Source of the DNA: Kofleriaceae bacterium
Lineage (GTDB): Bacteria; Myxococcota_A; Polyangia; Haliangiales; Haliangiaceae
Assembly: GCA_965215005.1 (NCBI GenBank)
Contig: CBDCCZ010000022.1
Span: 1 to 14,168 of the forward strand
Length of the DNA: 14,168 nucleotides
Direction: 5' to 3'
Each line of letters begins with the position of its first letter. Positions within the stretch are counted from its first letter, which is position 1. This document shows positions 1 to 7,574 of this stretch, one piece after another. The notes beneath the pieces are model-generated. The model worked only from the letters and a program-made list of their open reading frames with translations. It was not told the DNA's origin and searched no databases. Made by a program: the position numbers and the translations under genes.

Positions 1-1
1 C

Positions 2-142
2 GCGCGGTTATACGTCGACTTCATCAACGTCACCGGTCGCCGCAACGCGGAGGAATTCGTCTACGACTACGCCTATGGCGAGCGCGACGTGATTACCGGA
101 CTGCCTACTCTCGCGGTTCTAGGGGCCCAGGTGACGTTTTGA
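2..142 (+). CDS. TonB-dependent outer-membrane receptor, C-terminal fragment (gene starts upstream of the window)
   Basis: Frame 2 reads ARLYVDFINVTGRRNAEEFVYDYAYGERDVITGLPTLAVLGAQVTF-stop(140-142). It ends in an alternating beta strand with terminal Phe, and the Y-x-D-x-x-N-V...GLP...LG-x-x-x-x-F pattern is typical of myxobacterial TBDR C-termini. Confidence 0.8.
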   Translation, partial: ARLYVDFINVTGRRNAEEFVYDYAYGERDVITGLPTLAVLGAQVTF

Positions 143-225
143 ATGCGCGACAATCATTGGCCTCTGGTGATGCAGCGGTTGAGCGGGGCGGACTGCGCGG
201 CGCTGGCGACGCCATGAGGACTGGG

Positions 226-379
226 CTAGTGGTTCTCGGCGGAAGTCGTGAACCGCTAGAAAAACAACAATCGCTTGGGGAGACGCCGAAGGGGGCGCCT
301 GAGCAGCAGAAATCTGCCGCCCTTGCCCCGCATCGGGGCGGCGGATTTCCGCTTCATCAATCCCGCGGCGGCGTACCAG
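226..379 (-). repeat. Structured intergenic repeat (MITE/REP-like), copy A, 154 bp
   Basis: Its reverse complement aligns to 8456-8608 with about 12 differences in 154 nt (manual count, ~92%). In element orientation the ends are CTGG...CTAG. It has a central and a terminal hairpin and is flanked by TGGGC at 222-226 and 380-384. Confidence 0.9.
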
Positions 380-422
380 TGGGCTTTCGAGCTGGTGCCA
401 CGGCACTTGGCCGCCGTCGCCG

Positions 423-1333
423 GTGCGCCGCTGGCGAGGTGCTGCGACGGCGCTGGTATGCGCGCTCTTGGCGCCGGGCTGCGTGCCCCGATCTCGACGC
501 TCGGCCCTCAGAAATCACCGAGCCAACCATCATCGCGGTGATTGCCGAGCCGGCGGAGGTCAAGCCGGGTGAGCCGGTGACGTATCGACTGGCGGTGGCG
601 GCTCCGGGGCGATGCTACGGGAGGCGCCGCGTTGGGACAGGGCGCGCGCTGGGCCTTCTGCAATGAGCCGCCGCCGCTGGCGGATAGCCGCTCGATTCCC
701 GCCTCCTGTGTCGCTGGTGCGGCGGCGCCGATGGTTGGCGGCGGTGCAGAAGTGGCCACCAACGTGCCGGAGCAGGCGTGTCGAGTATTTGGTTCTGAGG
801 TTCCGCCGGGGCAGTTTCGCCCGCGCGATGCTGATGGTACCGGCGGCTACTATCAGCCGCTGTTGATCGAGCTCGCGGACCGTCGCAGCATCGCCGCGCA
901 GCGCATCACCTGCCCGCCGGCCAACGTGCCGCTAGCGGTGGCGCTGCAGTGGCGAGAGGAGTATGCGCCCAATCAAAATCCCCGCACCGCGGTGCTGATG
1001 GTAAACGGCGTGACCACGCCATCGGTGGTCGCTTCTGAAGCCGAGGTCGAGCTTCGGCTCGAGTGGTCAGCCGAGGATGCCGAAGCGTACGTGGCGGTCG
1101 ATCCGCGCACGGGTGAGCTCGCGTCCCGTCGCGAGGCGATCCGCGTGTCGTGGTATGCCGACGCCGGCGAGCTCGCGCACGAACGCAGCGGTGTCGAAGA
1201 GGACCAAGCAGGTCAGCAAGCCAGCAACCGCTGGCGCGCTCCCACCGCGGGAGCTGCGCGCCTCTGGGCGGTGGTACGCGACAGCCGCGGCGGCGTGCAG
1301 GTGCTCGAGCAGGTGGTGCAAGTGGCGCCGTAG
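423..1333 (+). CDS. Lipoprotein downstream of the TonB receptor (~302 aa after correcting two +1 frameshifts)
   Basis: GTG 423 gives MRRWRGAATALVCALLAPGC (lipobox). Removing one C in CCCC 486-489 joins VPDLDARPSEITEPTIIAVIAEPAEVKPGEPVTY. Removing one G in GGGG 606-609 joins ORF 632..1333 (WAFC...NQNP...VSWYADAG...LWAVVRDSRGG). Confidence 0.75.
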
Positions 1334-1394
1334 CGCAGGGATGGGTATCGACGGGATTGGTGGGTTCGTGAGCCAGAGCCATGGCGCGACACGT

Positions 1395-2011
1395 TCATGG
1401 CGGCGCGGCGGCGCGCACCGCGTGCTCGAGAATTGCTTGCGCCGCGGTTTCATCGCCCCAGCCGAGCACCTCGGTGACCTCGCTGCCATCGTAAAAAGCA
1501 AACCAGGTGGCCAAAATGGTGCGCACGCCGCGATAGCGAGCATCGAGCTCGGCCAGAGTGTGCACGGAAGAGAATCCGCTTGCATGATAGGGCGATAGTG
1601 GGACCGCAATGAGCTTGTCGTCGGTCTCGCCGGCATCGAGCAGCCGCAGCACCGCAATCGGACGGGTGCGCAGGCGCGTGCCGCTGGGCAGCGCGGCGCC
1701 CGAGGACCACCCACGTCGAGCGGATCGCCATCACCGCCGAGGGTGCCGGGTACCAGGCCGTAGTTGGCCGGGTAGGGCAGGTAATCGATAAAGCGTGGCG
1801 CTCCGTTGCGGGTGTCCTGCTGCAGCCGACCATCGCTGTGGTCGACCTCGAGCTTGGCCGTTGTACCCGCAGCAATCTCGATAACGGCGTGCATCGATCC
1901 GTCGGCGGCGAGCGCTGGTCCGTCATCGACTCGCGGCAAGGTCGCGGTGCTCGAGTCGCCGCGTTGCACGCACGCGCTGACCATGAGCAACAGCCAAACC
2001 ATGCGGCGCAT
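1395..2011 (-). CDS. ppa: Family I inorganic pyrophosphatase with N-terminal lipoprotein-like signal (~204 aa after correcting two +1 frameshifts)
   Basis: Motifs VIEI...K-x-E, YPANYG, DGDPLDV and D-x-G-E-x-D-D-K-L-I-A-V. Removing one base each from CCC 1710-1712 and CCC 1699-1701 gives DVVVLGAALPSGTRLRTRPIAVLRLLD and joins the ORF pieces. The N-terminus is MRRMVWLLLMVSAC. Confidence 0.85.
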
Positions 2012-2128
2012 CGCGCGAGCATACGCTGCGGTGCAGTGGTTGCCGAGAGCTGCGGCGACTGGCAAGTGGCCCGACACGAAGCTGGCGCGGGGGCGGTGAG
2101 CACGGCTGCTCCGGCGTACTCTAGGACG

Positions 2129-3665
2129 ATGTCGACGCAGCAGGTGGAGCTCTGGCGCTCGGCCCTGGCCGCCGGTGGCGAGCGGGTTGCTTTGGAGGCG
2201 GGCGGGGCGCGTTACTCGTTCGCGCAGCTCGAGCGGGCTTCCTCGGGGCTACGCGGCGGGGTTGGCGCGGCTGGGCATCGAGCCGGGCGCGCGGGTGGCG
2301 ACCCTGGCCGGCAGCTCGGCAGAGCTAGTCATCGCCACGCTTGGGCACTATCACGCCGGCGTCATTCACGTGCCTATCAACACCCGCTATCGAGCCGCCG
2401 AAATCGGCCACATTCTCGACGATGCGGGGCCCACCGCGCTGATCGTCGATGCGGCGGGGGGCGCTGGTGCCGAGCTGGCGCGGCAACGCGGCATTCGGCT
2501 CATCGACAGCCATGGCGCGTCTGCAAACAGCGTGGCAACGCTCGCAGAGACTCCGCCGGTGCCGTCGCAGCTGGCCGATGACGAGTCGATCGCGATGCTC
2601 ATCTACACCTCCGGGACCACCGGACGGAGCAAAGGCGTTGCGTTGTCGTTTCGCGCCCTCATCAGCAACATGGACGCCCTCACCAGCCATTGGGGCGTGT
2701 CGACTGCCGACCGGCTGCTGCTCGCGTTGCCGCTGTTTCACGTGCATGGCTTGGCAATCGGCATTCACGGCGGGTTGCTACGCGGTGCCACCATTCTCCT
2801 CGAGCCGCGGTTCGATGCAGCGCTCGTCATCGACGCGTTCGCGCACCGGGATGCCACGATGTTCATGGGCGTACCAACGATGTACACGCTGCTGCTCGAG
2901 CACCTGGGAGGCGCATCCGCGAGATGCTGAACCTCTGCGGCGGGCGCGGCTCTTCACCGCCGGCAGCGCCCCGCTCGCGGCGGCCGACTTCGAGCGCTTC
3001 TATCAGCTCACCGGCCATCGCATTCTCGAGCGCTACGGCATGTCGGAAACCCTCATCACGTTGTCGAACCCGCTCGAGGGCGAGCGTAAGCCCGGCAGTG
3101 TCGGGCGCGAAGTTCCCGGTTGCGACGTGCGAATCATTGGCGAGGACGGCGCGCCCGCGGTAGTGGGCGAGATGGGCGAGGTCGAGGTGCGCGGGACTAG
3201 CCTCATGCGTGGGTACTGGAATGATCCAGTCGCGACCGCGGCGGGCCTTTCGCGATGGTTGGCTGCTCACTGGCGACGTCGCCTATCGCGATGCCGATGG
3301 CTACGTGTACATCGTCGGCCGGAGGTCGACGGACATCATCAAGAGCGGCGGTTTCAAGATCAGCGCGCGCGAGATCGAAGACGTTCTCGCGGCGGAGCCT
3401 GGCGTTTGCTGAGCTCGCCGTGTTCGGGGCGCCGGATGCCCGCTGGGGGCAGGTCGTAGCCGTGGCTGTGGTGCCACGCGGCGAGGTCCAGGAGGATGAA
3501 ACGGGTTGGCTCGAGCGCCTGAGCCGACGCGCACGAGCCCTCGCCGACTACAAAAAGCCCCGCCGCGTGCTCCTTCTCGAGGCGTTGCCGCGCACCGCGC
3601 TGGGAAAGGTGCAGAAGACGAAGCTTTTGAGTCTGCTGGACATTCACACGGCGTCGCCGGAGTGA
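2129..3665 (+). CDS. ANL-family acyl-CoA synthetase, malonyl-CoA synthetase (MatB/ACSF3)-like (~510 aa after correcting four +1 frameshifts)
   Basis: YTSGTTGRSKG, LPLFHVHGL, FMGVPTMY, ILERYGMSE, TGD, GR...IKSGG and PRTALGKVQK occur in order across five frame segments. These join by deleting one base each at 2245-2248, 2906-2908, 3243-3245 and 3405-3407. AGGA precedes ATG 2129. Confidence 0.85.
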
Positions 3666-3773
3666 CGGTGCCGGCGGCAGCAACGCGATCGGGAGCGATG
3701 CTCGAGCGCTGGCAGTGCCCGATGCAGGCCGGCTGCTTACGCAATCACGAAGGATCGCGCGTGATAGCAGCAA

Positions 3774-4616
3774 CTACAGCGCGTCGTCGGCGAAGGTGTC
3801 GCAGGCATCAATACTGCCGCGCTTGTAGCCGCGTTCGAACCACTGGGCGCGCTGCTCCGCGGAACCGTGAGTCCAGCTTTCTGGCTGCACGGATCCGCCG
3901 CTTTGGCGCTGAATGTTGTCATCGCCGATCGCGGCGGCGGCGCGCAGCGCTTCTTGAACGTCGCCCTCTTCGAGTAAACCGCGTTGCCCCGTCGAGTGGG
4001 CCCAAACCCCCGCGAGGCAGTCTGCCTGGAGCTCGGTGCGGACCGCGATGCTGTCTTCGCCGCTGCCGCGCTGCGGGTGCCGGTCGAACACGCCGAGGAC
4101 GTTTTGGACGTGGTGGCCGAGCTCGTGGCCGATCACGTAGGCCTGAGCGAAGTCGCCGGGGGCGCCAAAGCGCTCGCGAAGCTGGGCATAAAAGCGCAGG
4201 TCGATATAGACGTTGCGATCGCGTGGGCAATAGAACGGGCCCGTGGCTGCCGAGCCATAGCCGCAGCCAGTCGAGGTGCTGCCATGGAACACCACGAGCT
4301 TGGCTGGCGGATAGTTCTCGCCGCGCTCGGCGAACAAGCGACTCCAGGTCTCTTGCGCATCGTCGAACACGAACGACACGAACTGCACGCGCTCATCGTC
4401 GGCGGTGGGGGCGCCAGGGTCGGTGCCGCCGCCAAGGAGCGGCACCGAGCTGCCGCAGCTCGAGCGGGCGAAGAAGTACAGCGCGACGACCACGACGATG
4501 CCGCCAACCCCAAACCGGCTGGCCAACGGAAGCAGGCCGAGCACGCCCGCGCCGCCGCGGCCGCCGCCGCGGCGCACCTCGACGTTGTCACTGCGATATC
4601 CACGGGTCCACTTCAT
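3774..4616 (-). CDS. ypfJ: Neutral zinc metallopeptidase, YpfJ family (280 aa)
   Basis: MKW...SDNVE start, N-terminal TM helix, CG...GPFYCP, GDFAQAYVIGHELGHHVQ (HExxH), ELQADCLAG, AAAIGDD and WTHGS. GGAGG SD upstream of ATG 4616. Confidence 0.92.
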   Translation of the reverse strand: MKWTRGYRSDNVEVRRGGGRGGAGVLGLLPLASRFGVGGIVVVVALYFFARSSCGSSVPLLGGGTDPGAPTADDERVQFVSFVFDDAQETWSRLFAERGENYPPAKLVVFHGSTSTGCGYGSAATGPFYCPRDRNVYIDLRFYAQLRERFGAPGDFAQAYVIGHELGHHVQNVLGVFDRHPQRGSGEDSIAVRTELQADCLAGVWAHSTGQRGLLEEGDVQEALRAAAAIGDDNIQRQSGGSVQPESWTHGSAEQRAQWFERGYKRGSIDACDTFADDAL

Positions 4617-4619
4617 TCG

Positions 4620-4859
4620 ACGCCTCCGAGGGATTCTGCGGTGACAGCGGTCAGGTTGCAATGCCCGCGCAACTCGAGGCGCATCTTCGCGCCGATGAAC
4701 CGCGCTCGCACGCGCCGGCCACAGCGCCTTCGTTCGAGTCGCCCGAGGTCTCGCAGCCGCCGGGGCGCAGCCTCCAGCCGCTGCTCACGGGCCGCTTCTG
4801 CGTCTCCCCGAGCGACTGTTGATTTGCTAGCGGTTTACGACTTACGCCGTAACCGCTAG
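4620..4859 (+). repeat. Structured intergenic repeat, diverged long copy C (~240 bp)
   Basis: 4780-4859 matches the right half of copies A/B (GCTGCTCAC...CGTCTCCCC...CTAGCGGTT..CGACTT.CGCCG..ACC.CTAG). 4620-4635 ACGCCTCCGAGGGATT matches the left end ACGCCGCCGCGGGATT at 14/16. The interior differs in sequence but is self-complementary. Confidence 0.75.
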
Positions 4860-5917
4860 GGGAAGACCGCGACGTCGTCGAGGCCGGCAGACTCGCTCCA
4901 ACCGCGACTGAGGTTGAGGCATTGGATGGCTTGTCCGGCGGCGCCTTTGATGAGGTTATCGATGGCGGCGATGGCAAGTACGTGGCCGGTTCTCGGATCG
5001 CAGACGACGTTGACGTGAGCGCGGTTGGAGCCGCGTACGTGAGAGGTGTCCGGGAGGCGGTCGGGCGGCAGCACGGTGACGAACGGCTCGGCCGCGTAGG
5101 CTTCTTCGAGCGCCATGCGATAGGAGTTGCTATCGCGACTTGGGTCTGTGGGCGTGGCGTAGACGCAGGCCAGAATGCCGCGACTCATCGGCAATAGGTG
5201 GGGCGTGAACAAGGCGGTCACCGGCCGGCCAGCGGCCGCCGACAGCTCTTGCTCGATCTCCGGCGTGTGCCGGTGGGCACCGGCCACTTTGTAGGCTCGG
5301 ACCCCCTCGGCAGCTTCTGGTAAGTGGGTCGCGGCGGTTGGGCTGCGACCGGCCCCGGAGGCGCCGCTCTTGGCATCGATGATGATGCCGGCGGGCTCGA
5401 CCAGACCGGCCGCGATCAACGGAGCGATTGCCAGCAGGGTGGCGGTGGGATAACAGCCCGGGCAGGCGATAAGCCGGGCGTCGCGCAGTTGCTCGCGATA
5501 GCGCTCGGGTAGGCCGTACACCGCTTGTCCCAGGATCGCCGGTGCCGGATGGACTGGGTGCTCCGGTGAGCCGTACCACTGAGCGTAGGTTTCTGCGTCG
5601 CGGAGGCGGAAGTCGGCAGATAGATCGATCACCGTCACGCCGCGCTCGAAAAGCGCGCTGGCGATTTCAGCGCTCTGCCCATGAGGCAGGGCGAGAAACG
5701 CCACGGTCGCCCGCGCGGCAACCGCGTCGACGTCGAGCTCTTCGATGGCAAGGTCGAGGCGACCGGCAAACTGCGGAAATAATGTACTGAGACGGGAGCC
5801 GGCCGCGCGGCGCGCATAGAGCGCCGCGGGCTCGACGTGGGGGTGGCGAAGAAGGAGGCGAATCAGCTCCGCGCCGGTGTACCCGGAGGCGCCGATGATG
5901 GCTGCGAGCTCGCGCAT
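4856..5917 (-). CDS. argC: N-acetyl-gamma-glutamyl-phosphate reductase
   Basis: IIGASGYTGAEL, FLALPHG, IDLSADFRL, VYGLPE, PGCYPT, SGASGAG, HRHTPEI, DNLIKGAAGQA. Confidence 0.97.
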   Translation of the reverse strand: MRELAAIIGASGYTGAELIRLLLRHPHVEPAALYARRAAGSRLSTLFPQFAGRLDLAIEELDVDAVAARATVAFLALPHGQSAEIASALFERGVTVIDLSADFRLRDAETYAQWYGSPEHPVHPAPAILGQAVYGLPERYREQLRDARLIACPGCYPTATLLAIAPLIAAGLVEPAGIIIDAKSGASGAGRSPTAATHLPEAAEGVRAYKVAGAHRHTPEIEQELSAAAGRPVTALFTPHLLPMSRGILACVYATPTDPSRDSNSYRMALEEAYAAEPFVTVLPPDRLPDTSHVRGSNRAHVNVVCDPRTGHVLAIAAIDNLIKGAAGQAIQCLNLSRGWSESAGLDDVAVFP

Positions 5918-5949
5918 GACGAGGCGGCGCGGGAGCAGCGGGCGCGCGA

Positions 5950-6339
5950 TTAGCGCTTGGAGAACTGGAAGCGGGCACGAGCGCCGCGCTGACCGTACTT
6001 TTTGCGCTCTTTCTTGCGAGGGTCGCGGGTCACGTAGCCGGCCTGCTTGAGTCGACCGCGGAGCTCCGGATCGACCTTCATCAGGGCGCGGGTGATGCCG
6101 TGGCGGATCGCGCCGGCCTGCGAGGACATTCCGCCGCCTTTGACGGTGCAGAACACGTCGTACTGGCCGGTGAGGTTGACCTCTTCGAACGGCTGGCGGA
6201 TGACCATTCTCGCGGTGGCCCGCGAGAAGTAGTTGTCATCGGGACGATGGTTGATGACGATATCGCCGCTTCCGGGCTTAATGAAGACCCGGGCGATGGC
6301 GGTTTTGCGGCGTCCGGTGGAGTAGGTGGTCTCGGCCAT
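5950..6339 (-). CDS. rpsI: 30S ribosomal protein S9
   Basis: [35 protein letters not shown]-terminal QFSKR. Confidence 0.99.
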   Translation of the reverse strand: MAETTYSTGRRKTAIARVFIKPGSGDIVINHRPDDNYFSRATARMVIRQPFEEVNLTGQYDVFCTVKGGGMSSQAGAIRHGITRALMKVDPELRGRLKQAGYVTRDPRKKERKKYGQRGARARFQFSKR

Positions 6340-6348
6340 GGCTATTGA

Positions 6349-6819
6349 TTACTCCTGCGCGGCGGCGACGGCGGCCACCGAGAGGGTGCGCGGCTGCTGA
6401 GCGGCGTGCTTGTGCTCGGGGCCGCGATATACCTTGAGTTTCTTGAACATTTGGCGCCCAAGCCGATTCTTGGGCAGCATGCCCCAGACCGCCTCACGAA
6501 CCATTCGCTCGGGATCTTTTTGGATCAACTTGTCGGCAGCGATCTCTTTGAGACCGCCGAGGTAGCCGGTATGCCAGCGGTACATCTTTTTCTGCAGCTT
6601 GCCGCCTTTGAGGACCAGCTTTTCTGCATTGACGACCACGACGAAATCGCCCGTGTCGACGTGGGGCGTATAGGTGGGCTTGTGCTTACCGCGCAGCACG
6701 GCGGCGATTTGGGTGGCGGCGCGACCGAGGGTCTGGCCCTCGAGGTCAACGACGACCCACTCGCGCTGGGCGCGGGCGGCTTCCTTGGTAAGCAAGGTGC
6801 TTCTCTGGGGCTTCTGCAT
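6349..6819 (-). CDS. rplM: 50S ribosomal protein L13
   Basis: W-x-V-V-D...[52 protein letters not shown]; lies directly upstream of rpsI. Confidence 0.99.
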   Translation of the reverse strand: MQKPQRSTLLTKEAARAQREWVVVDLEGQTLGRAATQIAAVLRGKHKPTYTPHVDTGDFVVVVNAEKLVLKGGKLQKKMYRWHTGYLGGLKEIAADKLIQKDPERMVREAVWGMLPKNRLGRQMFKKLKVYRGPEHKHAAQQPRTLSVAAVAAAQE

Positions 6820-6858
6820 GGTACGTTCCTGCTCAGAGCGCGATCGCGAAGGGTGGAT

Positions 6859-6887
6859 CGTCTACAGGACACGGGGAGCGCTGTCAA
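6859..6887 (-). promoter_or_regulatory. Candidate sigma70 promoter for rplM-rpsI-argC
   Basis: Minus strand TTGACA (6887-6882), 17-nt spacer ending in TG, then TAGACG (6864-6859), 40 nt upstream of rplM. The -35 is perfect and the -10 is weak. Confidence 0.5.
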
Positions 6888-6997
6888 GGCATCTCACCGC
6901 GACCCGAGCGCGCGAATTTTCGACTCTGCTGGCGTGCCGACTATCGCGTCGCGCGTCATACCACATCCCCGTGGCCTCGCCTATCCTGGTTCGCCCA

Positions 6998-7516
6998 ATG
7001 CGCGCTTCTCGCTATCCGCTGGTGTTGCTGCTGCTCGCTATGATCAGTTGCGGCAGCTCTTCCGGGACGACCGTCGACGCGGGTTCGGTCGCGGTCGAGA
7101 TAGGCACCGGCACCACCGAGTTCGAACCGCTGGCCGAGGATGAGTCGGTCGTTCTGTACGCCGGTCCCCAAGGCGGACATCACTTCATCGTCCACGCGCG
7201 CGTCCGAGGGCTGCTGGTCGGCGACTGGCAAATGCCCGGACAAATCGGCAATCCGGCGACGTTGTTCTCCATCTATAACGAAGCGGGTGAAGCGGTTCAT
7301 CTGGAGCGGCCGCCGTATCGCCTCGGGTATCGAGCGGGACTGGAAGAGTGGGCCGCTCTGCCGAGCGGCCGTATCGTCGAGGTCAAAGAAGGCGCGGTCG
7401 CGGCATTGTATGGCAGTCGGGTGCGGCTGGTCGTCGAGGTTCGAGACGTCAGTGGTGCTACGGGCAGCGATGAGCGCTGGGTACAGGTGCAGGAGGCGGC
7501 GCCCGAGGACCTATGA
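6998..7516 (+). CDS. Hypothetical lipoprotein (172 aa)
   Basis: ATG 6998 gives MRASRYPLVLLLLAMISC (lipobox-like), a Ser/Gly linker, then a beta-rich domain (VEIGTG..FEPL..GPQGGHH). Function is not recognisable. Confidence 0.75.
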   Translation: MRASRYPLVLLLLAMISCGSSSGTTVDAGSVAVEIGTGTTEFEPLAEDESVVLYAGPQGGHHFIVHARVRGLLVGDWQMPGQIGNPATLFSIYNEAGEAVHLERPPYRLGYRAGLEEWAALPSGRIVEVKEGAVAALYGSRVRLVVEVRDVSGATGSDERWVQVQEAAPEDL

Positions 7517-7550
7517 TGGGGACTGCCGGCGCACGTGTCAGTGCGTTGTG

Positions 7551-7567
7551 CTAAACACCTGTTCAGG
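7551..7567 (+). promoter_or_regulatory. Myxococcus-type LexA (SOS) box upstream of nadK-recN
   Basis: CTAAACACCTGTTCAGG fits the M. xanthus LexA consensus CTRHAMRYBYGTTCAGS (recalled from memory) at all 17 positions. It overlaps the nadK SD AGGAG (7565-7569), and recN follows in the same direction. Confidence 0.75.
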
Positions 7568-7574
7568 AGTCCTC

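Noticed and set aside
143..217. 24-codon ORF starting right after the TonB receptor stop
   Set aside because: Too short and without recognisable features, so it cannot be supported.
119..541. ORFs 119..406, 275..541 and the 5' part of 139..666, with peptides resembling ORF 4651..4977 (QQSLGET)
   Set aside because: The similarity comes from translating the non-coding repeat; there is no evidence of a real protein family.
423..3665. Cluster of pseudogenes, phase variation or programmed frameshifting
   Set aside because: All lesions are +1 in short 3-4 nt runs, with no nonsense codons or slippery-site signals, and they are regionally confined. A sequencing artefact is the simpler explanation.
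3666..3773. Hairpins (ATCGGG/CCCGAT, ATCACG/CGTGAT) between the convergent acyl-CoA synthetase and ypfJ genes
   Set aside because: The stems are short with no U-tract and no similarity to the repeat family, so they cannot be called a terminator or ncRNA.
3506..4859. Long plus-strand ORFs 3506..4822 and 3984..4859
   Set aside because: They are Arg/Ala-rich antisense shadows of ypfJ.
4856..6819. argC directly downstream of the ribosomal rplM-rpsI operon
   Set aside because: This gene order is already known in several bacterial lineages, so it is not novel.
7140..7574. 145-aa N-terminal extension of NadK in the ORF track
   Set aside because: It overlaps the lipoprotein gene in another frame. 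The SD and NadK homology point to GTG 7575.
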